A stretch of DNA of 47,166 bases from a virus (lineage: Duplodnaviria > Caudoviricetes): the IMG/VR virus record IMGVR_UViG_3300027877_000008, positions 1 through 47,166 of that record, one strand, 5' to 3'. Made by a program: the position numbers and the translations under genes. Shown here one piece after another: positions 37,208 to 45,687 of this stretch (positions are counted from its first letter, which is position 1; each line of letters starts with the position of its first letter). The notes under the pieces were generated by a model. That model made no database searches. It saw only the letters and a list, made by a program, of their open reading frames with translations, and was not told the DNA's origin.

Positions 37208-37338
37208 TCGAGAGGTATATTTTATCTATACTAAAATAAATAGAATCGGTAGCTAGATAATTTCGTGGACTGGTCTCGAAATGGGTCACCATTGCCGACC
37301 TTTAAACATCATTAACTATATGCGTTAGGGGTGATTAG

Positions 37339-39846
37339 ATGCCGAATATTAGTGGCTATGTTGATCCTGGGGTATATATCTCAGAGGTAGTTGTTCCAGG
37401 TACTGTTTCGGTAGCCACAGTACCGCTTACTGTTTGTTTAGTAGGTATTGGGAATCGGTTTAAACGAGTAAATGATGAGGCAGTAGTTCGTGGGTTGACG
37501 TCAGCGTCTGCCAACGTTTTAATTGTTGATAGTACCCCCGGTGCCCATGACGCCACCCTAACTTTTGTCAGTAATCGTCAATCGGCTCAGACTGTTGTGA
37601 CTAAAGATGGAGTCCCTATTGACAGTATTTACATTACTTATCTACCAGCTGCAATCACAGGAGTTACCCTCACTACAGTAGATTTTACTGCACCAAATAA
37701 TAAAATTGCTTTATCTGTAGATGATAAACAACCAGTTACTATTGCTATCACGGCTGGTGGTACAGATACAACGGTTATTGTTGGTAATTTAATCACTCAA
37801 CAACTAGCATCAATTACTAATATTGCGTTGGTAACTGCTGACATGATTGCTGAAGGTATTAATAAAGCACTGAATGGGGCTAGTTCATTGGGGTATGGCC
37901 CTAATTATGCTGCTGTTGCGTCTACTAGCACTAATAAGGTTATATTATCATCTCCATTAAGCACTCCTATATCAGATATTAAGCTATTTGCAGCTTACCC
38001 TACGGCCACAGATCATACCGATGAAATATTCGGTATTGCATTCCCTGCATCTAGGCTATACCAAGTTCCTACTGTTATTCGGATTGCTGATTCCCAATAT
38101 AACTCGTTGGCTACCTACATTGCTCAATATGTAGCTGTTGTTGGGGTTGATTATGATAATACTCTAGATTTTGGAGGTATAACTAATATAGTTAGGGTTG
38201 GTTCTTTCCCTGGGACCACCTCATTTACAGATCAATATTCATTAATGGATGATACTGTTGAGTGGACATCATCATATACACCAGCTACTTTTATTAGTTC
38301 TGTTGCTGCTGCATCTCATGATATTTCTATTGATGATACCATTGTACTTTTAATTGATGGTAAAGCTGCAGTTAATATTGATCTTAATGGGTTAGGTTCT
38401 CCTCCGCCAGGGTATATTAACCCAGTCTCCGCGAGCGCAGCTACACCGACTGAGATCGTAAATAATATTAATGCTATATTATCATATGCTGTTAATTATG
38501 GTCCTTCGTATGGAGCAGTGGCTAGTGTTATTGGATCTGGTATCAATTCTAGAATTGTGTTAACCTCACCACGAGAAGGTGGTGCAGGTAGTTTGATTCA
38601 AATTGCTGCCCCTGCATTAAATAGTGCAACAACTACTCTATTCGGATTGACTAGTGCTCAATTGCCTTACACAGTAAGGGATCCTGGGACTCGACCTGCC
38701 CCAGGTACAACTTACTATGTTACTTATGAGTATCCTCGTCCCACTAGTGATTATAATTTACCTAAGCGTTATTTCAGTCCAGATGCGCTATATGCCGATA
38801 TTGGTTTCCCAGCGGCGGGCAATGATTTAGCCATTGCTGGTAGTATTATATTTCAAAATAACGCACCATCTATGATGGTAGTTCAAGTTGATGATTCTAT
38901 CACCCCAGGATCACCGACGCCACCTGAATTCTTAGAAGCTTTTAACGCGGCTGGAGGAACGTCGGTTGCTACTGAAATATGTGCCCTTAGTACTGATCTT
39001 GGAGTTCAGACTGATTTAATGACTCACATTATCAATGAGTCGTCTCCAACTCAGAAGAATTATCGGCGTGGATGGTTTGGTATGCCTCGTAATACTACTA
39101 TTGGAGATAGAGATACCTTAGACACATTTGTTTATCGGGCCACACGAACCCTACAGGTATCAAGTGACTCCCCAGGACGTGGGCGATTGATCTTAGTAGC
39201 ACCGGCCAATGTAACACGTACGGTTACTTTGGAAGATGGATCTGAAATTGATCTAGATCTTGATAGTTCATACACAGCAGCCGCTATTGCTGCTCGAATG
39301 ACCGCATTTACTTCTCCTGCGGACACTCTTTTACGAAAGACCATTTCCGGATTTAAGACTGATAATTTTCAAACATATTTAAAAAGTGAACGTGCCCAAT
39401 TAGCATCCAATGGTGTAACTGTAGTTACATTAGATGCAGGTAAATTAGTATTACTTGATCCTATGACTACAGAGGGTGGGGGTGGAAAATTAGTTAGTTT
39501 TCAGGAGATTTCAGCAAGTACCCAGAAAGACGCAACTACTACAGCAATAACTCAATCGGTCGACGCAAATTTAGTAGGCGTAGTACCTTCTGATTTGGCT
39601 TCCTTTGTTGTCACGATCAAGGGTTATATTGGTGGAGTACTTCGTTCTTTGATTGCATCGGGGGCTATTGCACCATATAAGACCGATAGTGGTATTACTA
39701 GAGATATTGACTTTTCTCGCGATATTCAAGTATTTCAAGATCAGTCGGATCCTACTAAATATTTTTTCAGATATTTTTTCAATCTGAGAAACCCAGCAAA
39801 GAGATTTTACGGAGATTATTCGGTTGATAATCCGTTCTTTAGCTAA
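37339..39846 (+). CDS. Tail sheath protein
   Basis: GYVDPGVYISE N-terminus, LASNGVTVV, QDQSDPTKYFFRYFF; 835 aa. Confidence 0.92.
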   Translation: MPNISGYVDPGVYISEVVVPGTVSVATVPLTVCLVGIGNRFKRVNDEAVVRGLTSASANVLIVDSTPGAHDATLTFVSNRQSAQTVVTKDGVPIDSIYITYLPAAITGVTLTTVDFTAPNNKIALSVDDKQPVTIAITAGGTDTTVIVGNLITQQLASITNIALVTADMIAEGINKALNGASSLGYGPNYAAVASTSTNKVILSSPLSTPISDIKLFAAYPTATDHTDEIFGIAFPASRLYQVPTVIRIADSQYNSLATYIAQYVAVVGVDYDNTLDFGGITNIVRVGSFPGTTSFTDQYSLMDDTVEWTSSYTPATFISSVAAASHDISIDDTIVLLIDGKAAVNIDLNGLGSPPPGYINPVSASAATPTEIVNNINAILSYAVNYGPSYGAVASVIGSGINSRIVLTSPREGGAGSLIQIAAPALNSATTTLFGLTSAQLPYTVRDPGTRPAPGTTYYVTYEYPRPTSDYNLPKRYFSPDALYADIGFPAAGNDLAIAGSIIFQNNAPSMMVVQVDDSITPGSPTPPEFLEAFNAAGGTSVATEICALSTDLGVQTDLMTHIINESSPTQKNYRRGWFGMPRNTTIGDRDTLDTFVYRATRTLQVSSDSPGRGRLILVAPANVTRTVTLEDGSEIDLDLDSSYTAAAIAARMTAFTSPADTLLRKTISGFKTDNFQTYLKSERAQLASNGVTVVTLDAGKLVLLDPMTTEGGGGKLVSFQEISASTQKDATTTAITQSVDANLVGVVPSDLASFVVTIKGYIGGVLRSLIASGAIAPYKTDSGITRDIDFSRDIQVFQDQSDPTKYFFRYFFNLRNPAKRFYGDYSVDNPFFS

Positions 39847-39938
39847 GACTCGTTTAGGTACTTGTATCCATCAATCGAAGATATCTGACAGTGTATAAGC
39901 TGAGACTATTACTGCAACCACTTTAATAGAGGTCTTAA

Positions 39939-40418
39939 ATGCCTCCAGTCTATCCTAAGAATCAATTTAATCCGCCAGATACGTTAGCTAGATCATCTCA
40001 TTCATTGACCATCAAGGTAAATGGAATTACTATTGGGATGATTAATGGTTGGAACCCTCAACAGAATCGACAGATTACTCCTATTTATGAGCTTAACGCA
40101 GAGACTTCTGGATTACCACTAGAAAATGTGCCAGGTAATGTTCAGAATCTAACTATTGCAATTCAACGTTTTGATATATGGCCCATTAGAATGGAGCAGG
40201 CGTTTGGGACGATTGATCTAACTATGTTATCTAATCAACAGTCTCCATTTGCAGTACAGGAACTTTGGACTTCACCAAATGCAGCTTTAGAGATCTGGCA
40301 GTATGATGGTTGTTGGTTTGAGAATATTGGGCGTACATTTCGAAGTGACGATACGCGGATTGTAAATGTAAATGCTAGCATGCGATATGTTTATAAGTCT
40401 AAGATTCAGGGTATTTAA
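39939..40418 (+). CDS. Tail tube protein
   Basis: 159 aa directly after the sheath; IG.I..W...IYELN, YDGCWF. Confidence 0.85.
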   Translation: MPPVYPKNQFNPPDTLARSSHSLTIKVNGITIGMINGWNPQQNRQITPIYELNAETSGLPLENVPGNVQNLTIAIQRFDIWPIRMEQAFGTIDLTMLSNQQSPFAVQELWTSPNAALEIWQYDGCWFENIGRTFRSDDTRIVNVNASMRYVYKSKIQGI

Positions 40419-40428
40419 CAACTAGTCA

Positions 40429-40686
40429 ATGGGTAATTATAAAATGGATACATTAAATAATCAGTCACAAATGCAGCTCTCTATTTCAATTCCATCCGGC
40501 CGTTCTTTGACGTTGACCGGCGGTGATCTCAGCGAACTTATTAGTCTATTAGTCCAGGTTGCTACTGCCGTACCTAGCGCCCTTAAGGCTGTAGCTGCCG
40601 TGCTTGAATGGTGGCCTGATAATACCCAGGTTGATAAACTAGGTAAGAAACTACGTGCATTTGTAGAGTCATTAGAATCTCGATAG
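40429..40686 (+). CDS. Hypothetical protein
   Basis: 85-aa ORF; start may be 40444. Confidence 0.55.
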   Translation: MGNYKMDTLNNQSQMQLSISIPSGRSLTLTGGDLSELISLLVQVATAVPSALKAVAAVLEWWPDNTQVDKLGKKLRAFVESLESR

Positions 40687-40698
40687 GATCAGATTCTA

Positions 40699-40806
40699 AT
40701 GAATAAGTGGGAATAGTGGAACGTAGTACCTGAGCCACTAAATAACGACTAGTCCATTGCGTCTATAGATGAGCATGAGTTATATAGAGCATTTAGTTGG
40801 GAATAA
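40699..40806 (+). pseudogene. Possible decayed copy of the MN(R/K)WE...QRMAQ leader gene
   Basis: ATGAATAAGTGGGAATAG (MNKWE*), then CCACTAAATAACGACTAGTCCA resembling CCATTAGGGCAACGAATGGCTCA. Confidence 0.4.
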
Positions 40807-40859
40807 TAATTATTATAAGTTCATTCGATCCTAATAATTTATAGTTTAATGGGTAATAT

Positions 40860-41318
40860 ATGGCTAATGACTATCGTGCTAAGCGACATTCTGTGCTTGA
40901 TGATCTGAAGAAGGATTTGTCTAAAGGATTTATTGAGCAGGAAGTGACCGTATTAAATACTAAGTTTAAGTTGCGTAGTCTTAATGAAGATGCTGAATCT
41001 TGGGCTGATGGGTATGTTCGATCTAATAGTCCATTAGCAATGGTTAATACTCGCCGTGCCCCTCGACTCGCTGCAGCGATCCAATCTATTAATGATGTGC
41101 CTATAGATCAGCTTTTTATGTATCCAAATGATATGCCTGATGGAGTTAAACAGGCATTGAATGAGAATCCTATTGCTAAGTGTTATTGGCTTCGGGAACA
41201 AATGCTTTATTTCTTATCTGAAGATGCTGGTCGATCATTCGTAAATGAGCTTTATGGTACGCTTGCGAAGATGGATGAATCTCGTGATAAGTCTCTAGAG
41301 AAGATCCCAAACTCATAA
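40860..41318 (+). CDS. Tail assembly chaperone (gpG-like)
   Basis: Between tube and tape measure; LAAAIQSIND; ends in a slippery site. Confidence 0.8.
   Translation: MANDYRAKRHSVLDDLKKDLSKGFIEQEVTVLNTKFKLRSLNEDAESWADGYVRSNSPLAMVNTRRAPRLAAAIQSINDVPIDQLFMYPNDMPDGVKQALNENPIAKCYWLREQMLYFLSEDAGRSFVNELYGTLAKMDESRDKSLEKIPNS
41306..41312 (+). other. Programmed -1 frameshift site C CCA AAC
   Basis: X XXY YYZ in the correct phase, ending one codon before the stop; the -1 frame is open into the 41390-41860 ORF. Confidence 0.85.
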
Positions 41319-41860
41319 ACGAGGATCCCGACTGGGCCATCCGAGCATATGTTTTAGCTCGTAAGGGGGTTCTCGCATCTAGCCCGGATGTGCAGAGCAT
41401 GAGTCGTGCTCAATGGGTATTAGAGTTCCATGCTCTTCAGGCGAAGGAACGCTTATGGTTCGATATGCTGTTGAAGGGCCTACGCCATACGCTTATTGGT
41501 GTACTTGGATTGAATGCCATTCGTCCAGAGGATGAACATGGTAATCCAAAGGACTGGCAAACAATGACTGATGAGGAACGCCAAGCTTTTATCCCACTAA
41601 TTGCTTGGGTGGGTCGCCCAGAGCTATTAAAGACAGTTAGCGATCAGCAACAAGCGGAGATTGATCCTGATAAGATCATAGGTGATAGTAATTATGAAGA
41701 AATTGTCCGGGCTATTGATGAACTTGATGGGGATATGACCCCGATCTTTAAGAATCTCCACGGTATTGATCCTGACACTATTCCCACAAAGCACGTTACA
41801 CATAAGCAAGTAAATATTAAGACCGCAGATGAGATGAAGGTTGATCTGGAAAACCCCTAG
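41306..41860 (+). CDS. Tail assembly chaperone frameshift extension (gpT-like)
   Basis: The -1 frame reads LINEDPDWAIRAYVLARKGVLASSPDVQSMSRAQW... Confidence 0.8.
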   Translation, partial: PKLINEDPDWAIRAYVLARKGVLASSPDVQSMSRAQWVLEFHALQAKERLWFDMLLKGLRHTLIGVLGLNAIRPEDEHGNPKDWQTMTDEERQAFIPLIAWVGRPELLKTVSDQQQAEIDPDKIIGDSNYEEIVRAIDELDGDMTPIFKNLHGIDPDTIPTKHVTHKQVNIKTADEMKVDLENP

Positions 41861-43963
41861 ATGGCTACCGAGACAGAACAAGTCACGCAAGAGATCAAAG
41901 AGGCTCTAGAAGGGTTTAAAGCAATTGGTCAATATGCCAAAGATCTAGCTTCAGCAATTGCTTCCGCTGATCAGCCGCTGCAGCGTGCTAACGATATGAC
42001 CAAAGCCATCGAAGTACAGATGGAAACCATTGCTGAGAATTCGCGTGGAATGGTTGAATCTGTCAAGAAGATGACCGATAGTGTCGGTGCTACCATATCT
42101 AAAATGCGGGAACTAAATCAAGTTCAATCTGAGGCTAAAACACGACTTACTGAGGCTAGAGAGGAGTTAGTTCGTCAACAGGTTGAAACTGAGACTCTTA
42201 GAACTAAGAAAGCACAGACTCAATTAGAAGAACGCGAAGCCTGGACCAGATTACGTAATGAGCAATCCAAATCTCATGAAGCCGCAGAATCCACGCGCGG
42301 TATATGGTCCCGCACAATTGATTCTGTAAAGGAATTACAAGTTGAGATTGCGAAGGCGGGTTATGAAACTGATAAGTTTGGTGTAACTAGTAAAAAGGCT
42401 GGTTTGAAGGCTGGAATGGCTCGGTTTACTGCTGGAGCAATGAGCTCAGCTGCTGAATTGTTCACTGGTCAAGCCGATCCAGCAGGAGCCGTGCGATCTA
42501 TCGGTGCAGCAGTAGCTAGTCTTGGCCAGACTGCCGGTATTGGTGGTTTAGTCGGTATGATGATTTATGGTAAGATTAAGGATGCTGAGTTTCGGGCCGT
42601 AGGTGAGACTGCAGGTCAGATGTTCGACCAGATTAGTGGTCATACTTCTGGATTTGCAGCTAGAATGGGCGGTGTTGCCCGCTCTTTATCAGTATATGCT
42701 ATGGCTGCTAAGGAGGACCTAGCCCAGGTTGCTGCCGCATTCGCTGCTACTGGTGTTAATGCAGCAACTGCTCAGATTAAGATTGATGGATTTGTATCAT
42801 CAGTAGGTAATGATCTTATTATTGCGACTTTAGCAGCAGATAAAGCCCTAGAATTACCAGCAGGAACATTCGCTAAGTTAAGTGGGACTATTGCTCGGGA
42901 TTTTAATACCTCAGCTGACAAGGCATTCATTAATTTAATGAATTTAGCAACTGCCGCTAAAGAGGCTGGTATGAATGCTGCTACCTTCCTACAACAAACT
43001 ATGGAGGTCTCATCTAGTTTAAGATTGATGAATGCTAATGCCGGAGCTGCTGGGGCTACAATGCTTGGGTTATCTAAGACCATGCAGGGGCGGGGCATGG
43101 GGGCCGCCTATGCTCAAGCTTATACTGGGGCTGGTATGGGATCTGTTGCTTCTGCTACCGCAGGATTAGGTGAAGGATTATCAGCGATTATTGGTGAGAG
43201 ATTAGGATATAGTTCAGGACTAGAGGCTCTTTATGCGATGAAGACCGGATCTGGACAATCAGCTCGAGGATCTCAACAATTAGATTTAGCTGCGGTAATG
43301 AAAGAGATGCGGAACATCGTCACTGGTGATATGGCTCTGACGAATCGATCAGAGCAGGCTTTTGCGCTTCAGAAGCTTTTCGGAGTGGATGTGACTGGTG
43401 CTGATGCTATTATTGATGCGATGGAAGAAGCGAATAAAACGGGAAAACTCAGTGCAAAATCCCAGGATGAATTAAATCGAGCTTTTCAGAGTGAATCAGC
43501 GAAGACCAATCAGATTATGAAGTTGATTGATGTCATTAAAGATGCAATTTCAAACGTAATGGTTGGTTTACTTGGAATGATAGTTAGTGGGCTAAAGATG
43601 TTACTCAATGGTGTAATGTATCTCACTTCACAGTTAATGACTAGTACACTGCTTAACACAGATGCTAGGTCGAGAGAGGAGTGGAGTGAGGCCGCAAGGC
43701 GATATAATGCTAATATTGAATCAGGAGTGCTTATCAGTGGTAAGGCTACCGATCGTATTCTTAAAGGGCTAAATCAAGGAAGTGGTGCGATGGGTGGGTT
43801 GATTCGTGAATTTGATTTAGCTGGGGGTTGGCCCTGGTCTAAGGGTCGATATCCGTCGTCTACTGGAGTTCAGGTAGTGGACAAGGAGAATTGGGTGATC
43901 CAACGGTTTATCCAGCGGCCCATATTACTAAGACAAGATATAGTAAGAACGTGCCTCAGGTAG
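41861..43963 (+). CDS. Tape measure protein (true C-terminus may extend to 44049)
   Basis: A/G-rich helical protein after the chaperones. Confidence 0.85.
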   Translation: MATETEQVTQEIKEALEGFKAIGQYAKDLASAIASADQPLQRANDMTKAIEVQMETIAENSRGMVESVKKMTDSVGATISKMRELNQVQSEAKTRLTEAREELVRQQVETETLRTKKAQTQLEEREAWTRLRNEQSKSHEAAESTRGIWSRTIDSVKELQVEIAKAGYETDKFGVTSKKAGLKAGMARFTAGAMSSAAELFTGQADPAGAVRSIGAAVASLGQTAGIGGLVGMMIYGKIKDAEFRAVGETAGQMFDQISGHTSGFAARMGGVARSLSVYAMAAKEDLAQVAAAFAATGVNAATAQIKIDGFVSSVGNDLIIATLAADKALELPAGTFAKLSGTIARDFNTSADKAFINLMNLATAAKEAGMNAATFLQQTMEVSSSLRLMNANAGAAGATMLGLSKTMQGRGMGAAYAQAYTGAGMGSVASATAGLGEGLSAIIGERLGYSSGLEALYAMKTGSGQSARGSQQLDLAAVMKEMRNIVTGDMALTNRSEQAFALQKLFGVDVTGADAIIDAMEEANKTGKLSAKSQDELNRAFQSESAKTNQIMKLIDVIKDAISNVMVGLLGMIVSGLKMLLNGVMYLTSQLMTSTLLNTDARSREEWSEAARRYNANIESGVLISGKATDRILKGLNQGSGAMGGLIREFDLAGGWPWSKGRYPSSTGVQVVDKENWVIQRFIQRPILLRQDIVRTCLR

Positions 43964-44048
43964 GACGTGTTGAGGTAGAGACTAAATCAAGTGTACATGT
44001 GGTCCGGCCGGACCGTGGCACTAAGAGATACGATAGCGGGGCTTACTA

Positions 44049-44912
44049 ATGGCAATTCTCGATGGGCCAGGATTGTTCCGTAATACAATTATTCCTACAA
44101 TAGGGGGCACTGGTGCGGTTCGGCGAATTCCTTTTACTTTTACTTCTACAGCTCGTCTCTTACGGTCTGGGAAGTTAAAAGCATTAGGTAACGATTTTGC
44201 TAGGTTACAATCTGCTCAGGATCGGCGTAATGAGTTAGCTAGTATTGAACTAGCTACGCGCGGAATTAATGCTGCTAATCAGTTAGGATTATCTGATACA
44301 ATAAGTTCAATTAAGAATGCATTACAACTATCGATTGGATTAGGCATGCCTATTATTGAGATGGCAGTTAATCCTCATGCTATCAAGTGGAGTCAAAATA
44401 AACGTATAACTAAACGTGATACGATGAATGGATCTGTGTTCTTTCATTTTACTAACGATGACGATCAAAATAATGATATTCTAAGTGTGTCGTTTACTGG
44501 TCGGACTGGAAATATTAATACCCAAGGTAATATTATTGATGCATTTACTACTGGTTCTAGTTTGAAATTACGGATTTGGCATGAACTTTATAATTTAACT
44601 CGAGAGCCAATGTTATTGAGTCAGAAGAATGCCGAGCAAGGATTACCAAGGGGGTTAAAGAACGAATTCTTCATTACCTATCGTAGCATATTAATGCCAG
44701 TGCAGATTACTCTTATTGGTCATTTTAGTAAGGTATTAGAATTTACTGAGACTGCAGATGACCCATATAATCGAGAATATAATTTTACTTTTACGGTTAC
44801 TAACACTAGTCCACGATTAGATGATTTGTCTGCATTAATGAATTCTGCTCTTTCAATCTCAGGGCAGACTGAATCATTAGTTAGCAATATTACTTCATTG
44901 GGTGTGCCATAG
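44049..44912 (+). CDS. Baseplate/tail tube initiator-like protein
   Basis: MAVNP..I.....K.ITK..T..G, FTG.TGNI, FTETADDPY...Y.FTF. Confidence 0.7.
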   Translation: MAILDGPGLFRNTIIPTIGGTGAVRRIPFTFTSTARLLRSGKLKALGNDFARLQSAQDRRNELASIELATRGINAANQLGLSDTISSIKNALQLSIGLGMPIIEMAVNPHAIKWSQNKRITKRDTMNGSVFFHFTNDDDQNNDILSVSFTGRTGNINTQGNIIDAFTTGSSLKLRIWHELYNLTREPMLLSQKNAEQGLPRGLKNEFFITYRSILMPVQITLIGHFSKVLEFTETADDPYNREYNFTFTVTNTSPRLDDLSALMNSALSISGQTESLVSNITSLGVP

Positions 44913-44913
44913 T

Positions 44914-45366
44914 ATGAATAGGTGGGAGCGACGAATAGGTATGATTGGTCCGTTAGGGCAACGAATGGCGCAAACAGTAGATCCATCTTGGATTGATCCA
45001 TATATCTTAGATGTGATTAATCGGATCAATTCATTAGGATATATTCACACCACCCATTCTTGTGCTGGAATTGGTCCACGTGCATATATTGAAGGTGGTG
45101 GAGATCATATATTAGATGAGATTGCTTCTGCCTATCTAGTATTCGAAGTAGATTTACCTAATATGGAGGCTGCTGAATTATTATCTAAACTAAGCACTAT
45201 TTGTGTATATGGATTCGAGTCTCCGGAACAAATACTTAGTACTATGTATGAATGGCATGCAAATTCTAACAAATATAGGTATGTTTGGAGACCATTTAAT
45301 TTAGATCAAGATGTTACACGTCAAGAAGTAGAAATGGCATGGAATAAATTAAGACAGATTATTTAG
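44914..45366 (+). CDS. Leader-tagged protein 1: 20-aa leader plus an ID..I...IN..G..T..SC.G (TYW3-like) domain
   Basis: Start chosen by alignment with the next gene; IDPYILDVINRINSLGYIHTTHSCAG. Confidence 0.7.
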   Translation: MNRWERRIGMIGPLGQRMAQTVDPSWIDPYILDVINRINSLGYIHTTHSCAGIGPRAYIEGGGDHILDEIASAYLVFEVDLPNMEAAELLSKLSTICVYGFESPEQILSTMYEWHANSNKYRYVWRPFNLDQDVTRQEVEMAWNKLRQII

Positions 45367-45391
45367 GTTAATTTAGATGGGGTACTATAGT

Positions 45392-45676
45392 ATGAATAAA
45401 TGGGAGTATCGAGTAGGTATGATTGGCCCATTAGGGCAACGAATGGCTCAGGTAGATGAATACCAGAAAATCATTGACTGGATGCGATCGATGGACCCCA
45501 ATTGGGATCCAAATGATGATGAATCATATTTTAATCCAACTGGGTTAGAAGGACCTAGTGAAATTGTAGTTAATCCGGATGGGAGTTGGGAAGCAAGTAA
45601 TGAATCACGTGTTGATGAGTTTGAGTCTGGGATTGGACTAGCTGCACTTCAGGCATTATTTACATCAGTCCATTAA
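45392..45676 (+). CDS. Leader-tagged protein 2: 20-aa leader plus an acidic 74-aa domain
   Basis: MNKWEYRVGMIGPLGQRMAQ followed by unrelated acidic sequence. Confidence 0.7.
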   Translation: MNKWEYRVGMIGPLGQRMAQVDEYQKIIDWMRSMDPNWDPNDDESYFNPTGLEGPSEIVVNPDGSWEASNESRVDEFESGIGLAALQALFTSVH

Positions 45677-45687
45677 TATTAAGAATT

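Noticed and set aside
22257-37234. TATACTA in several intergenic regions as a late promoter
   Set aside because: Too short and AT-rich to distinguish from chance without a motif search
37261-37303. tRNA-like or riboswitch-like hairpins before the sheath gene
   Set aside because: Only two short stems; no cloverleaf or T-loop
44001-44020. Palindrome GGTCCGGCCGGACC with GG-N10-GC spacing
   Set aside because: Poor -24 and -12 match and probably within coding sequence; likely chance
5752-45001. Numerous minus-strand ORFs opposite the structural genes
   Set aside because: They are antisense shadows of long + strand genes with no recognisable motifs
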